Source: Leucoraja erinacea
Lineage: Eukaryota
Direction: 5' to 3'
Assembly (NCBI RefSeq): GCF_028641065.1
Contig: NC_073394.1
Span: 16,554,001 to 16,618,000, forward strand
Length of the DNA stretch: 64,000 nt
A model generated the notes under the pieces. That model was not told where the DNA came from and made no database searches. It worked only from the letters and a program-made list of their open reading frames with translations. Made by a program: the position numbers and the translations under genes. Shown here piece by piece: positions 23,351 through 35,574 of the stretch. Positions within the stretch are counted from its first letter, which is position 1. Each line of letters starts with the position of its first letter.

Positions 23351-24596
23351 TGTAAGATGTGGTTGTGTGGAAATGTTCCACTCATATTGCCATCAAATTT
23401 TGGTCCTGCATGTACAAAAAAGTTCTGCAGTTACATATACAAGTTGAATGTTGAAGAAATAAACAAAAAATATAAAAGGTTTGAAATTATGGCTTATCAT
23501 TTTGGTGACCGAGTGCTGAAGATATTCTTATAACATTAGATAGAAACAAAGAACTGCAGGTGCTGGTTTAACAAGGACAGGCACAATATGCTGGAGCACC
23601 TCAGTGGATAAGGCAGCATCGTTTGAGAACATGAATGGGTCCCAAAACATCACCTATCCATGTTCTCCACGGATGCTGCCTGACCCGCTGAGTTACTACA
23701 GCATTTTGTGCCATTCTCATAACATTCTTCTTTGTGCGACTTTAGCAGAGGTATTAGCCTGCATAAAATAAAGTGTTAAAATAATATCATCACCAGCAAT
23801 AATTTTCAGCCATCACTGTTAGAAAATAGTTTGCACATCTATATAAAGTGCTGGCCAAACTCTACCTTCAGATATAAAGGAAATGCTTCTCTATATATTG
23901 CACAGAAGGTATAATTTACTATTCTGCACTTAAGTACATATTTAAATCAAAGTAGACTTGGATTTGGCCCCATGGAAATATGCTGATAAAGTAAGCAGAG
24001 GGAAAGTATCTCAACTAATGAAAAATAATACATTTACAGGTAATCTGTATAGGAAATTCAGAAGAAACCATTGAGTGGAAATCACTGCCAAATTAATTGA
24101 ATGTCTACACTGAGAGAAATTAAACAAACATTCAAGGAAGAAAAGAATAAAGGGATAAATGGATAGGCGAGGAAAGATGGGAGGAAGGTCAAGTATATTG
24201 CTTATTTCTGCACTGTATCCTTTATGTAGGTCAATGTAATAGAGATAAACAACTGGTTGTCTATAAAACACAAGAAAACAAAAGTGATAGGTAGATGTAG
24301 ATCATAGATTTTGAAGTGCGTTGACTCCTGAGTATTTACAAAGTGCTTTGCAACATAATACATTGCAATTCAACATCTATATATTATGAGCTTAATGTAT
24401 ATTTAATCTTTTTTTTAATACAACATTCATTGTAAGGGTTTGATCTGTAATAGGAATGTGATTACATTGCCTAGTTATGATGATTACTGATAGCCTAGTT
24501 CCTGAAGAGTGCACGAGTGCATTCTAGCGTAGTCTCTTATTTTCCATTAGGGCCATATTTTTAATCAGGTTGTAATTGATGAGTAAACAAGGATAT

Positions 24597-25925
24597 TTAT
24601 CTCCAGCCATATGCATTCCTTCCAAACTTGTACATTAACCTTCTATGCACCCGTTCCAAATTTCCAGTTTTGTAATAATGCCTGAAAAGCTAAATAAAAT
24701 GAAGTGATCTGTCAACAATTATTTCCCTCTGTAAAATGTGACAATCAGGTATTATTGGCAATAATAAACTACCAGTATTTAGGATTGGTCCATGAGTGAT
24801 TCTATAATTGCAAAGGATTTGCAGCATGCTATCTCTTAACACATATAAACCGGATTTCCATAACCTTTCTTGCACTTACTTTTATTTATGCTCTGGAACT
24901 TGCACCTTCCCAATAGAACAAACCTTTAGCCTCTGCCCATCACTAACTCATAGAGTCATTGAGTCTTACAGTGTGGAAACAGGCCCTTTAGCCTAACTAA
25001 CCCACACTGGCCAACATGTTCCATCTACACTAGTCCCACCTGCCTGCATTTGGCTCATGTCCTCTTAAACTTCTCCTATCCATTAACCTGTTTAAATGTT
25101 TCTTAAACGTCCCAATAGTACCTGCCTCATTGACCTCCTCCGGCAGCTCGTTCCATACACCCACCTTTCTTTGTGTGAAAATGTTACTCATCGGGTTCCT
25201 ATTAAATCTTCCTCCTGTCATCTTAAACCTATGTCCTCTGGTTTGCCCTTGTCCATTGATGGAAGAGACCCAGATTGGGGTCATCCAGACTAGTAACTGC
25301 AGTGCATTTTGTAGACATCTCATACTGCAGCCACAGTAGTGTAGAGATTTAATGGTAAGGGTGGCACAGGCCCTTCGGCCCACCGATACTGCACCGACCA
25401 GCGATCCCCGTACACTAGTGCTATCCTACACACTGGAGACATTTTAGAATTTTACCGAAGCCAATTAACCTACAATCCTGTACATCTTTGGAATGTGTTA
25501 GGAAACTGCAGCACCTGGAGAAAACGCATGAGGACACAGGGAGAACATTTAGTTTTTTCTGGGATATGTTTCTTGCAATGTAAACTGAACAGTGCCTTGC
25601 AAAATCCTTCCCTATTATAACTAGATTGTACATAATTAAAAGTGCCTAATTGTGAAATAAAAATAATTCCAATTTACCAAATCACATTTCTGTTTGGAAG
25701 TTCAGCCTGATACATAGATTGCTAAAGTACCTCAATGCTCTGCTTAGTTTCTCATAGGTCATGTGCTCATTCTTTTTCCTTTGTCCCCAGAGCTTAGCCA
25801 GAGAATCGGACTTCACAACTTTGAATATTCCTTCTTCTATGTCTTCCCATTCCAAAATGGCGCTGTTTTTCTTCGGAGAGTGGAAAGATCGCGAATAAAT
25901 TCCCAAAGGTACTCTCTTTGCAAAC
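24597..25925 (-). pseudogene. ELF5: ELF5-like ETS-domain exons (3' part only; 1-nt frameshift, either pseudogene or assembly error)
   Basis: Exon 25731-25925 encodes [13 protein letters not shown], then after a frame change [51 protein letters not shown]. Last exon 24597-24681 encodes [27 protein letters not shown]. Canonical AG/GT sites. Closer to recalled ELF5 (WGQRKKN, KTGILERVDRRL) than to EHF. No PNT exon found. Confidence 0.75.
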
Positions 25926-26699
25926 CTTCAGGAGAAAGCGAAAATCCCACTTACTCCTATATCTGAAGAAGGGTCTCAACCCAAAACGTAATTCCTTCTC
26001 TCCAGAGATGCTGCCTGACCTGCTGAGTTACTCCAGTATTTTGTGTCTACCTTATATATCTTATGTTCTGCATGTTACAAAAAAAAGAAATCTTCCCACT
26101 CCAGTTACCTCCCACACTACAAAGACGTAAGGGTTTGGAAGTTAATTGGCTTTGGTAAAATTGTAAATTATCTTTAGTATGTGTAGAATAGTGCTAGTGT
26201 CCGGGGATCGCTGGTCAGCACGGACTCAGTGGCCGAAGGGCCTGTTTCCGTGCTGTATCTCTAAACTAAACTAAACTAAAAACTCAATTTTAGATAACAT
26301 GCATCACATTTCAATGCTTGATTGTGCTGTGCTCTGAAGAATAATTGCCCAAATAATACCAACTGAGAGCCACCGCCTACAGCACCACCCCTGGAGCCCC
26401 CTCCTCCAAACACAGTGTACTGGGCTCCATCAGCATGATCTAGGCAGCAGCATGGCCTCCAGTGCTGCACTTAGGGAACCATATTAATGTATTGCCATAT
26501 ATGGCAATATATGTGCGGCCATATTAACGTATTCCCATGCACATCATTGTGAAACGGGGGAAACTAGAGCATCCAGGTGAAACCCACAAGCTGAACATGC
26601 AAAGTCCTCACAGACAGCAGCAGAGTCGGGACTGAACTTGAGCTGGATCTGTGAAGCAGAAGCTCTACTAGCTACCTCCCTAAGAATTTGAAACTGAGC

Positions 26700-26830
26700 A
26701 TCAGCTTGGCACACCACATGGACATTTCCTGTGAAGAAGTGACCCAGCCTGCATTCAACATCTCCAGTGTCGAGGAGGCCACATTGTGTGCATCTGGGAA
26801 CAGTTTGTATTCCTGATCCGCAAGAAGGAA
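26700..26830 (-). mobile_element. Penelope GIY-YIG endonuclease remnant
   Basis: Minus strand reads approximately C-x-RCTQCGLL-x-TG...CRLGHFF, resembling the PLE motif CIRCSQCGLLYIGETKRRLGDRF. Confidence 0.55.
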
Positions 26831-26842
26831 TTGTAAATAGTT

Positions 26843-27205
26843 TGTTCTATGCTCCCCCCAGTCTAGTTTCAGTCAATAAAATACTGAATCAAGCACTTGA
26901 GCAACTAAACTTTATTTTGGATAACACAACTACAGTTCCCTATACAATACCTAACCACCACGGGTTCGATCCTTGTATCTGCTTGGCCGAGCCCTTCCAG
27001 ACTCGTGCAAGCACAGACACTCCAAAAGGTCGCGCAGTCCCAAGCGTTCTTCCAGAAGATTGACATCGGACCTCGTGGGAGCTACCTTTTATAGGTCCCC
27101 GAACCTTGAGGGGCCGAACCACATGGGGGTGGTCTGTTTATAAATCAATCAAACATATTGATAATAACAGTACATAATTGACAGTTCCATAACCCAATAA
27201 TACAA
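26843..27205 (-). mobile_element. Possible solo LTR
   Basis: Minus strand has TATA (ctataaaagg), then AATAAA about 200 nt downstream, ending in ...ACA, with candidate TGT starts at 27123 or 27204. No matching TSD found. Confidence 0.4.
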
Positions 27206-29384
27206 TCTGGAATGCATTGTATTTGAAAGAAGCTTCAAGAAGGAAGCCAACACAGATGAATAGTGCAACATGTGCCCTGGGATTCAAACAGTTCCTCCAA
27301 GGCTCAACATTTCAACCAATCAACAATTAACAGGGCACTCATTTTGCAACATTATTTATACTATTTGCAATGCCTTTGCAGCAATCCAATCGGAATGATG
27401 CATTTAAGGTTAATTTGCAAAACTACTATACATTTTATCAAGTTAGGAGAAACAAGAAGAACACCTGGATCCTTCACCATCCTGCATGTCAGTCTGAGCC
27501 TTGGCTGGCTGGCGCCATCCAAAGCCTGTAAATTTCAACTGACAAGGGTTAAGCAATTCTGACAAGTGCAGGGATCTTCCATTTTATGGTGTCTTTAATT
27601 TGGTCAGTATTAACAGAATGAGTTTGACGAGCCGTGCTGCATCTCCCTAAGTAGCAAAATGGAGATGCTAATGGAAAGGGAATGGATGGTAAATAAGGAA
27701 GAGCAAACCAGGAGTCACAGAAAGATTGGCCCCTTCAAAATTCTTAAAGGGGAGATGGAGAGAAATCTGTCTGATGGTGGAATGTTCTTAAAGGTGGCAG
27801 AAGTTATAGAGATGAATACATGACAATATACTGTTCAAGAATATTAAAATTATAAATTACAAGTCCTTGTGATTTAGTTCCTGCACTCAACCCGAGTCAG
27901 GGGTTCCTAGCCAAGCAACACAGTTAACATTACAATTGCTCCGTACTTAATATTCTACAGATTTCTGCTGCAAAATTCTCAATGACATTTGTCAATCCAC
28001 CATGCTCTTTTCAAGCAGGATGTGATGCATAATTCATGTATGAAATGGAACTCTGCCACTTTGTGAGCATGTTACAGAAGGGTGCTTTTTCACATTGTTG
28101 TACATGATAATGTGATCCAAAGGAATGAATTAGCTTTCATATAAATTAAACATACACGGATATCACCGATAATAACAATTACATGCGCATGTAAGATAAC
28201 ATTCAGGAGAATATAAATGACTAAAGGTCACGTTGCAATTCTCTGCCTGGAGAACATCACTAGAGAGCCCCTTTTCTATTACTAATTTTATTTTAACTTT
28301 CCTCTCTTTCACCACAATAATATCTCATCATGTTATTCATTTAATGAGATTATAATAATGAGAAGGCCTCCCACACATCTTGACAAAACTTTATTTTGCG
28401 TAAGTAGTCAGCCAAATCATTCACCTGAGCTTATGGATGGCCAAGACTCTTCCATTGATGGCTTTTCATCGGCCTTCCGGAAATGTACCTTCAGCAATTA
28501 ATCCGTAGGAGGACCGACGAGATATCAATGAAACTTTGATAAGGAAAGCTTGAAGGACAAATTTATCAATTAAATGTTTCTACCAGGTATTGAAAATTGA
28601 CCTGTCCAGAATGTGAATAGAAACTCACTCAGGAGGCAAAAGTTAATTAAGAATTAACCATTTCTATGTGTCAGTAAAGTGCCAGCATGAAAATGTATGA
28701 AGATTAAATATGGGGCTGTTCAGCAATGAATGTATCAGTTGCATACTTCCTCATCACTGCCTCTTCATGTATTTCCCCCTCCAATGCCTGCAGCCATTTC
28801 TTTGTTGGCATTATCACCACATTGTAAACAGCATTCCTGCACTTCTTGCTCCTCCAGGTCTTTTAAATATCATGACTCATCCTGTTCGGCAGACATTTCA
28901 ATGAATGCTGACCCTCTGGAATTGTGCCATCCATAAATTTAATTTTAAATGACAGCTTTGTCTTCTGTTCTCTCTGCCAACATGAATATGTCACCACATT
29001 CTTTGCGTGGTTATGCATGAAGCCTTCATATTTTATAGCTACCATATTGCATGCATCCTCCATTTGCAGAACAGGCTTAAATATATTTTAAATAAGCTGA
29101 AATGGTCACAGATATAATCTATTAATATATAGTAGAGTGGGTACAGAATCCAGCTCTGTAGCACTGGCTGTTTGAGCTCAGAGGGTGCCAAATTAATTCT
29201 AATTTGCACCACTCTGCAGGCTGAGCCAGCCATCATGTTAGGAAATGTGTTAGCGTGTGCAATGTTAACACCTGCTGGAAGAACACAGACTAGTCAGGCC
29301 ATATCAACAATCAGTCGGCAATGTCACTTTCATGCCAGTACTGCCAAACTGGTGCTTGATGCTCATGCTAATGAGAGCTTGGTT

Positions 29385-29895
29385 TGGGAACAACTCTGCC
29401 CAAGATCGTAAGAAATTGCAGAGTTGTAGATATAGCCCAGACCGTCACACAGACTAGACATCCCACCATTGACCCCATCTGCACCTCACACTGCCTCGGA
29501 AAAGCAGCCAACATAATCAAAGACTTGCTCCTCCCCAGTCATTCCTTCTTCTCCCTGCTCCCGTCTGACAGAAGGTACAGAAGCTTGAAAGCACGCACCA
29601 CTAGACTCAGGAACAGCTTCTTCCCCACTGTTATCAGGCTTCTGAACAGTCCTACCATAAGGTAGGGTACTGGTCGATTCACCCCTATCCCATTGTAATT
29701 TGTCCATGGAACTGATGTAGCCGAAAGCTGAGGAATGTATTCTGCACTCTGTATCTTCCTCTTTGGTCTATCTATACATGTGTCTGACTTGATTGTATTT
29801 ATGTATAATATTATCTGATCTGTTTGGATAGCATGAAAAACAAATCTTTTCACTGTACCTCGGTACACGTGACAATAATAAACCTAAACCTAAAT
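29385..29895 (+). mobile_element. Rex1/Babar-type LINE 3' end
   Basis: HSFFSLLPSDRRYRSLKARTTRLRNSFFPTVIRLLN followed by aataaacctaaacctaaa tail. Confidence 0.75.
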
Positions 29896-32800
29896 CTAAA
29901 TGTGTTCAGATGGACGCGATTGGGAGGAGGAATATTCCCACAAAGTCTATTAAATGGCTCATCAATAACTTGTTTGGTTTCTCACTGATTTCTACTGACT
30001 GTTACTGTAATTTAACAATGGTTTACTGGTTTCTGCAGGGACTAGTACCCAAAGTTTGACTTCAAGCCATCTGGAATAACCAGTTCCTCCAAAGCATGAT
30101 GCATTTGAGGGGATCCATGTGGTACTTGGCATGGCCGAGAGAATGAGTAGTTGCATGCAGGGCAGGGCTGGCAGCTACAAGAGGCAGGAGGAGGGAGAAC
30201 AAAACTCAGCAGCAGGCCAGTGCTTCAAGAGAAGAACTTGCCAATGTGAATCATAGTGAGGAACAGTGGATCAGACATCTCTGCTTAGTAAAGCTCAGAA
30301 AACAATGGAGGTCATATGCACACACATATGCCCTCCTCACTGCACCCCGTTACCATTCCTAATCATATTGACCTAAGGGGCCAGGTATATTTCATATCAT
30401 TCTTGGTCGATTAAGCTGGCAGAACTAAATTAACTTCAGGTAGGTGCTTTTTCCAAACTTAATTTTAATTGACATTAATGTTTTTTATTTAATTAGCATA
30501 TCTCAAAGGTGATTTTTAAGTGATTTTATAAAAATTGTTAATTATGTTTCAGATGCTTTCAAGAAGTATGAGTCACCAGAAAAAATCAAGAAATCCGTGA
30601 GCAAGGCCTTTCTGCTGCGTGCAGTTTGGTTGTCACTCGGATCCACTTTACGTCAAAGAATAATGGCTAGCCAGATTTAGGAGCCATGCAACTGCAAAAG
30701 TCATCCCACCAGAGGCAAACAATGAGCAAGGTTGGGGTCAACCATGATCTGGAGGAGGCTGAGATTGAGTAGGGATATCTTCACTAAAATTTGTCAAATC
30801 CAATTTCGGAAAAGGTAAATAGGGTGAAAGGTTACCGTGGATAGGAGGCAGAAATGGAGAGCTGAGGTTCTAGTGAGATCAGTCCTGGTGGAGTAGGCAC
30901 TAGAGGCCAAGTATACATTCCTGCTCCTGATTCTAGTTCACATGTAATTGCTCATCAACCTCTGGACAGGGCAAGAGCTGATTTGTCACCATGGCCACAT
31001 CACTGTGTCTCTGTATGTCTCAATCTCCTCCAGGCTTGAGCTAGTGATATTTTTAACCTATCAAAGTTTGCCTTCCACTATTGCAAAGACAGAACACTTT
31101 CTGTTCCAGAAAGCTGAATACATCTTCTTGCATATATTACAGGGCAGATATCCAAAGGCAAAACCAATCACAAAATGCATTTGGTCCTATTGTATACATG
31201 TACACAGCACATGCAAAGCACCTTTAACATTGGTGCCTTAACATCAGAGAGCACTTAATTGTTGACCAAGTGACCAACAGGACAACGGAGGCCTCTTCAA
31301 TTATAAGAGAAAGGAGCACTCCTAGCCTCTCCAGTGCTGGGAGTCTGCCACTGAAAATAATCATCAAATTGTCAGTTACCATTCAATCAATTACCTCAGC
31401 ACGTTCTGGCTGAGGCCATCTTTCTTTGTGGCCCAGCCCTGAATTATCCAAAGCTTTGCCCACATCTTCATATCTGAATTCGCAATACATGGTCCATTGG
31501 AGGTTGTGGTGCTGTTTTAATATCCATCCAGCCTCTCCCATCTTGGTTATTCTTCAAAATCTACTACTAGTTCCTTGAATTATCATTGAGAACCCTTTCA
31601 TTAGGGCAAGCGATACTGGCTGTAAATACATACTAATTCAGGGCAACTGCATTGAAAGCTAAAGATTTCATGTTCATAAGTTCTAAGAGCAGAATTAGGC
31701 CATTCGGCCCATCAAGTCGACTTCGCTTTTCAATCATGGATGATCTATCTTTCACTCTCAACCCCATTCTCATGCCTTCTCCCATAACCCCTGACACGAT
31801 ATGATACGATAGAACTTTATTTATCCCAGGAGGGAAATTGATCTGTCACAGTCATAAAAACACAAAATACATGAAACAAACACAAAATACATGAAACACT
31901 GTTGGCTGGCTGCTGTGTGCACAGTGCCTGAACCGGAAACAGTAAGTTTTTTTTTTTTTTTAATGGCCCCTTACTAATTTTTACAATCTTACTAATCAAG
32001 AATTTGTCAATCTCTGCCTTAAAAATATCCATTGACTTGGCCTCCACAGCCGTCTGTCAGAGACATTTATGACACAGACGTACAGAACTACAATCTCATG
32101 ATGCCTAGCAAGGTCCCCTGTGCAGCAACATATTACTGTACCACTAAGGAACCTCTCAGCCACTTTGTCCTTTGCTCACATTGTTTCCAGGAAGTGCACA
32201 AGAGCCAAGAGCGCAGCAATTATTACCCATCCCTAATCACCGTTTGTGAAAGTGATGGTCAGATGCAATTTTGAACCACTGTCTTCTTTGTTGGGAAGGT
32301 ACTCCCCCAATCCTGTTGGTGGACAGTGATAATGATGGAACTATGATGTCTTTCCAATTCAGGATGGTGGGAAGAATCGGTCTGATTTCATTTTGTACAA
32401 TTAATTTCATCAGAGCAAAGTGATCAATCATCTTTATGTTGGGCAATTTTGGTGAGTAATGATCTTGTTTAGCGACTAAGTATAGCTGCTCAGGTTCTAA
32501 GTAACTAGGAAGATATAATCATGTCACCAATCCATTATACAGTTTATTATTACACCCATGCAATTGAAATAAATACCTGTGTGGAACAATTCCTTGTTTT
32601 TCCAACTCCTCTTGAGAGAGTGGTAGACTAACCTGTTGAACGTGTTTTCCATATACAAAGTCAGATAGATGATTGTAATGATGCCAACATCTGACCTAAT
32701 CGACGCTGTTCAAAGTATGCCAGCAGAAACAATTGTTAGCAATAGCATATACCCACTGCCTAAATATTACTATCTGATTTCAGTTATTAATATTAAAGCA

Positions 32801-32980
32801 AAAGAGTAGCTATGTTATTATTTTTGATGTTCTTGAATCAAAGAAACTTCAAATAAATAACACTAATATAGGTCGTATTCTAGATAGTGAAAATGTTTAT
32901 CAATAATTACAGCAGTGTCTTGACTGCAAAATCTGTCCCCAGACAACCTGGTGATCGATCAAGATACACCCAGAACGCTA

Positions 32981-33325
32981 ATGCCCCTGTCCCACTTAGG
33001 AAACCTGAACAAAAACCTCTGGAGACTTTGCGCCCCACCCAAGGTCCGTGCGGTTCCCGGAGGTTCCCGAAGGTTTTTGTCAGTCTCCCTACCTGCTTCC
33101 ACTACCTGCAACCTCTGGCAACCACCTGCAACCTCCGGGAACCGCACGGAAACCATGGGGTGGGGTGCAAAGTCTCCAGAGGTTTCTGTTCAGGTTTCCT
33201 GTTAGAACCCTTTTTAAACAATGGAACAACATGCGCAGTACGCCAATCCTCGGGGACTATTCCCGTTTCTAATGACATTTGAAAAATTTCTGTCATAGCC
33301 CCGGCTATTTCTACACTAACTTTTC
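32981..33325. mobile_element. Palindromic Harbinger-type MITE lacking its right terminus, joined to a CR1 fragment
   Basis: Left end taa-tgcccctgtcccactt; arms aggaaacctgaac...ttcccggaggtt / aacctccgggaa...gttcaggtttcct. Then about 33202-33325 is a minus-strand CR1 piece ([26 protein letters not shown]) closely matching 47600-47720. Confidence 0.75.
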
Positions 33326-33879
33326 TTCAGTAACTGTAACATCAAGCCCTCTGTATTACAGGAATCTCCAAAAGCAGGTCTGGTGAAGCCTCTTGCTTTT
33401 CCAAACGTCCTGTAGACATCCTAACGTTAGCATGTGACCTGTTTTTTTCCCCCCACTGAACCAGCTTTCAGAGTTCAATGAAGATCACACTGCTTTTACT
33501 TCAGAAGGTAAATTGGTTCATGTGCCAAACTGGAAAAAACGTAGACGATAAAGTGGAAGAAACTTAGAAGATAAAGCAGTTGAATCTGAGATTCAACTTC
33601 GAAGATAAAGTGGAAGAAGCCGCAATTAAACACTATCTACTAATAGTCACCAAGAAACAAGCAAATTGAGAACAGGAGAAAAAAGTTAGTTTAATTCTTT
33701 GTGGTAACCCTTCTAGGTTATGAGGAAAGTTTAAGCAAATGACACAAATTTTCAGCTGGTAATTTTCTGCTTGAGTGATATTTAAGAGGAATGTACATAT
33801 ATAGAGTATGGAAAAATGTACTGTGGAGTAGTACTTTAAAATAAACAGCGAGAGTAAGACATTCATATTTTCTCATGTT

Positions 33880-35060
33880 TACTCCCACTGCAGAAAGAGG
33901 ATATTTAGCTCATTGAGCCAGGGCAATTCTCAGAGCAATCCTATTTACTTTCCTAGAACCTATTCCAAAATCAGGCCCTTAGGCCAACAACCACATGTCA
34001 ACCATCAAGTACCGAGCTATATTGACTCCATTTACCAGCAATTGGCGATTCAAGTTTTACCGAACGCCTTCTTGACCACCCTATCTACCTGTGACGCAAC
34101 TTTCAAGAAACTATGTACCTGCATTCTTAGATCCCTCTGTTGTACAACTCTCCAGAGCCTTTTCATTCCCAGTGAAGGTCTTGCCCTGGTTTGACTTCCC
34201 AAATGCAACACCTCACAGTTATCTGCGCTAAAGTCCATCAACCATTTCCCCGCCTACTTGCCCAGCTGGTCAAGATCCTGCTGTAGCATTTGATAACCCT
34301 TTTTGCTGTCTACAATGCCACCCATTTCAGTGTCATCTGTAAACTTACTAATCATGCCTTCCACATTGTTGATATAAACCACACACAGCAATGGGCCCAG
34401 TGGGGATCCCTAGAGGAGCTCCAATAATCACAGGCCTCCAATCCGAAAAATAACCTTCCACCGTCTCCTTCTGCATCTTTCCATGAAGTCAATTCTCTAT
34501 CCAGACAGCTTGCTCTCCCAGGAGCCCATAAGATCCAACCTTCCAGAGTAGCCTACCATGCGGAACTGTATTAAATGCCTTGCTGAAGTCCATGTAGACA
34601 ATGTTTTGCCCTCATCAACTTTTTTGGTTACTTCTCCAAAAAGCTAGTGAGATTTTGAAGACATGATCTCTCATGTGCTAGCCCATGCTGACTATTCCTT
34701 ATTAGCCCATCTATCCAAATGCATATATACCTTATCCCTCAGAGTACTCTCCAGTATTTGCCTACCACAAGTGTTAGGCTCACTGGTCTGTAATTCTCTT
34801 TCTTTTCCTTTCAGCCCTTCTCAAATAGAGGCACAACATTAACCACCCTCCAATATTTCATGCATGTCTAATGATGATTTATATATCTCAGCCAGGGCAG
34901 TTTCTCAGAAACCTGCAATTTCTTCTAGCCTCCCAGTGTCCTCAGATATATCTAATCAGGCCCAGGAGATTTATCTACCTTCATACTCCTCAGGATGTCC
35001 AGCACCTCCTAAACCTCCTCAGGCCATCTCCATTAATTGACCCAGTTCCCCAGTCTCCAT
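33880..35060 (-). mobile_element. Decayed CR1 LINE
   Basis: Multiple degenerate RT motifs, e.g. FSADNCEVLHLG and VASQVDRVVKKAF. Confidence 0.75.
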
Positions 35061-35574
35061 GTCTTTCTCCACGGTAAAAGCTGAGGAGAAATACATCTCT
35101 CCCTCCATATCCTCTTACATACCCATAAATCTCCTCACCACCAAGTCTCCTGCCCCATTCTTCGCTGAAGCTGGGCAATTTCAAAATTCCAGTTTATTTA
35201 AAATTCATTGGTTTTGAAAGACTTGATAAAGGCCACATTTAGATTTGACTCAGTCGATCACTAAACTATAAAATCCAGTACCCAAGCAATATGAACTGTA
35301 AAAACAAAGGAACTGGTAGTTTTTATGGGCCAAATCAAACAGCCTTATCATTATCTCACTATTATTCAGATGTCCAAATTAAAAGTGCAAATTTCACAGC
35401 ACGGAGTTATTAAGAGTTGAAATACAATTAAAGTTACAGCAAAGCAACCTTATACAAGTAATTTATTTACATAAATATCACACAGACCATTTGGTGTTAC
35501 AGTACAACAGCTACTTGGGTCCACGTGAGAAGTGATATTACGCAGAGCCTTCCCTAAGATGCAGCTGTCTCTAG

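Noticed and set aside
28424-28490. Possible extra ELF5-like exon ending CAG|GTGAAT
   Set aside because: Donor phase fits, but the acceptor is weak and the peptide (HFRKADEKPSMEESWPSISS) has no recognisable similarity.
33009-33017. Perfect RSS nonamer ACAAAAACC
   Set aside because: No CAC heptamer at 12 or 23 nt spacing; it lies in a MITE arm whose mirror copy differs.
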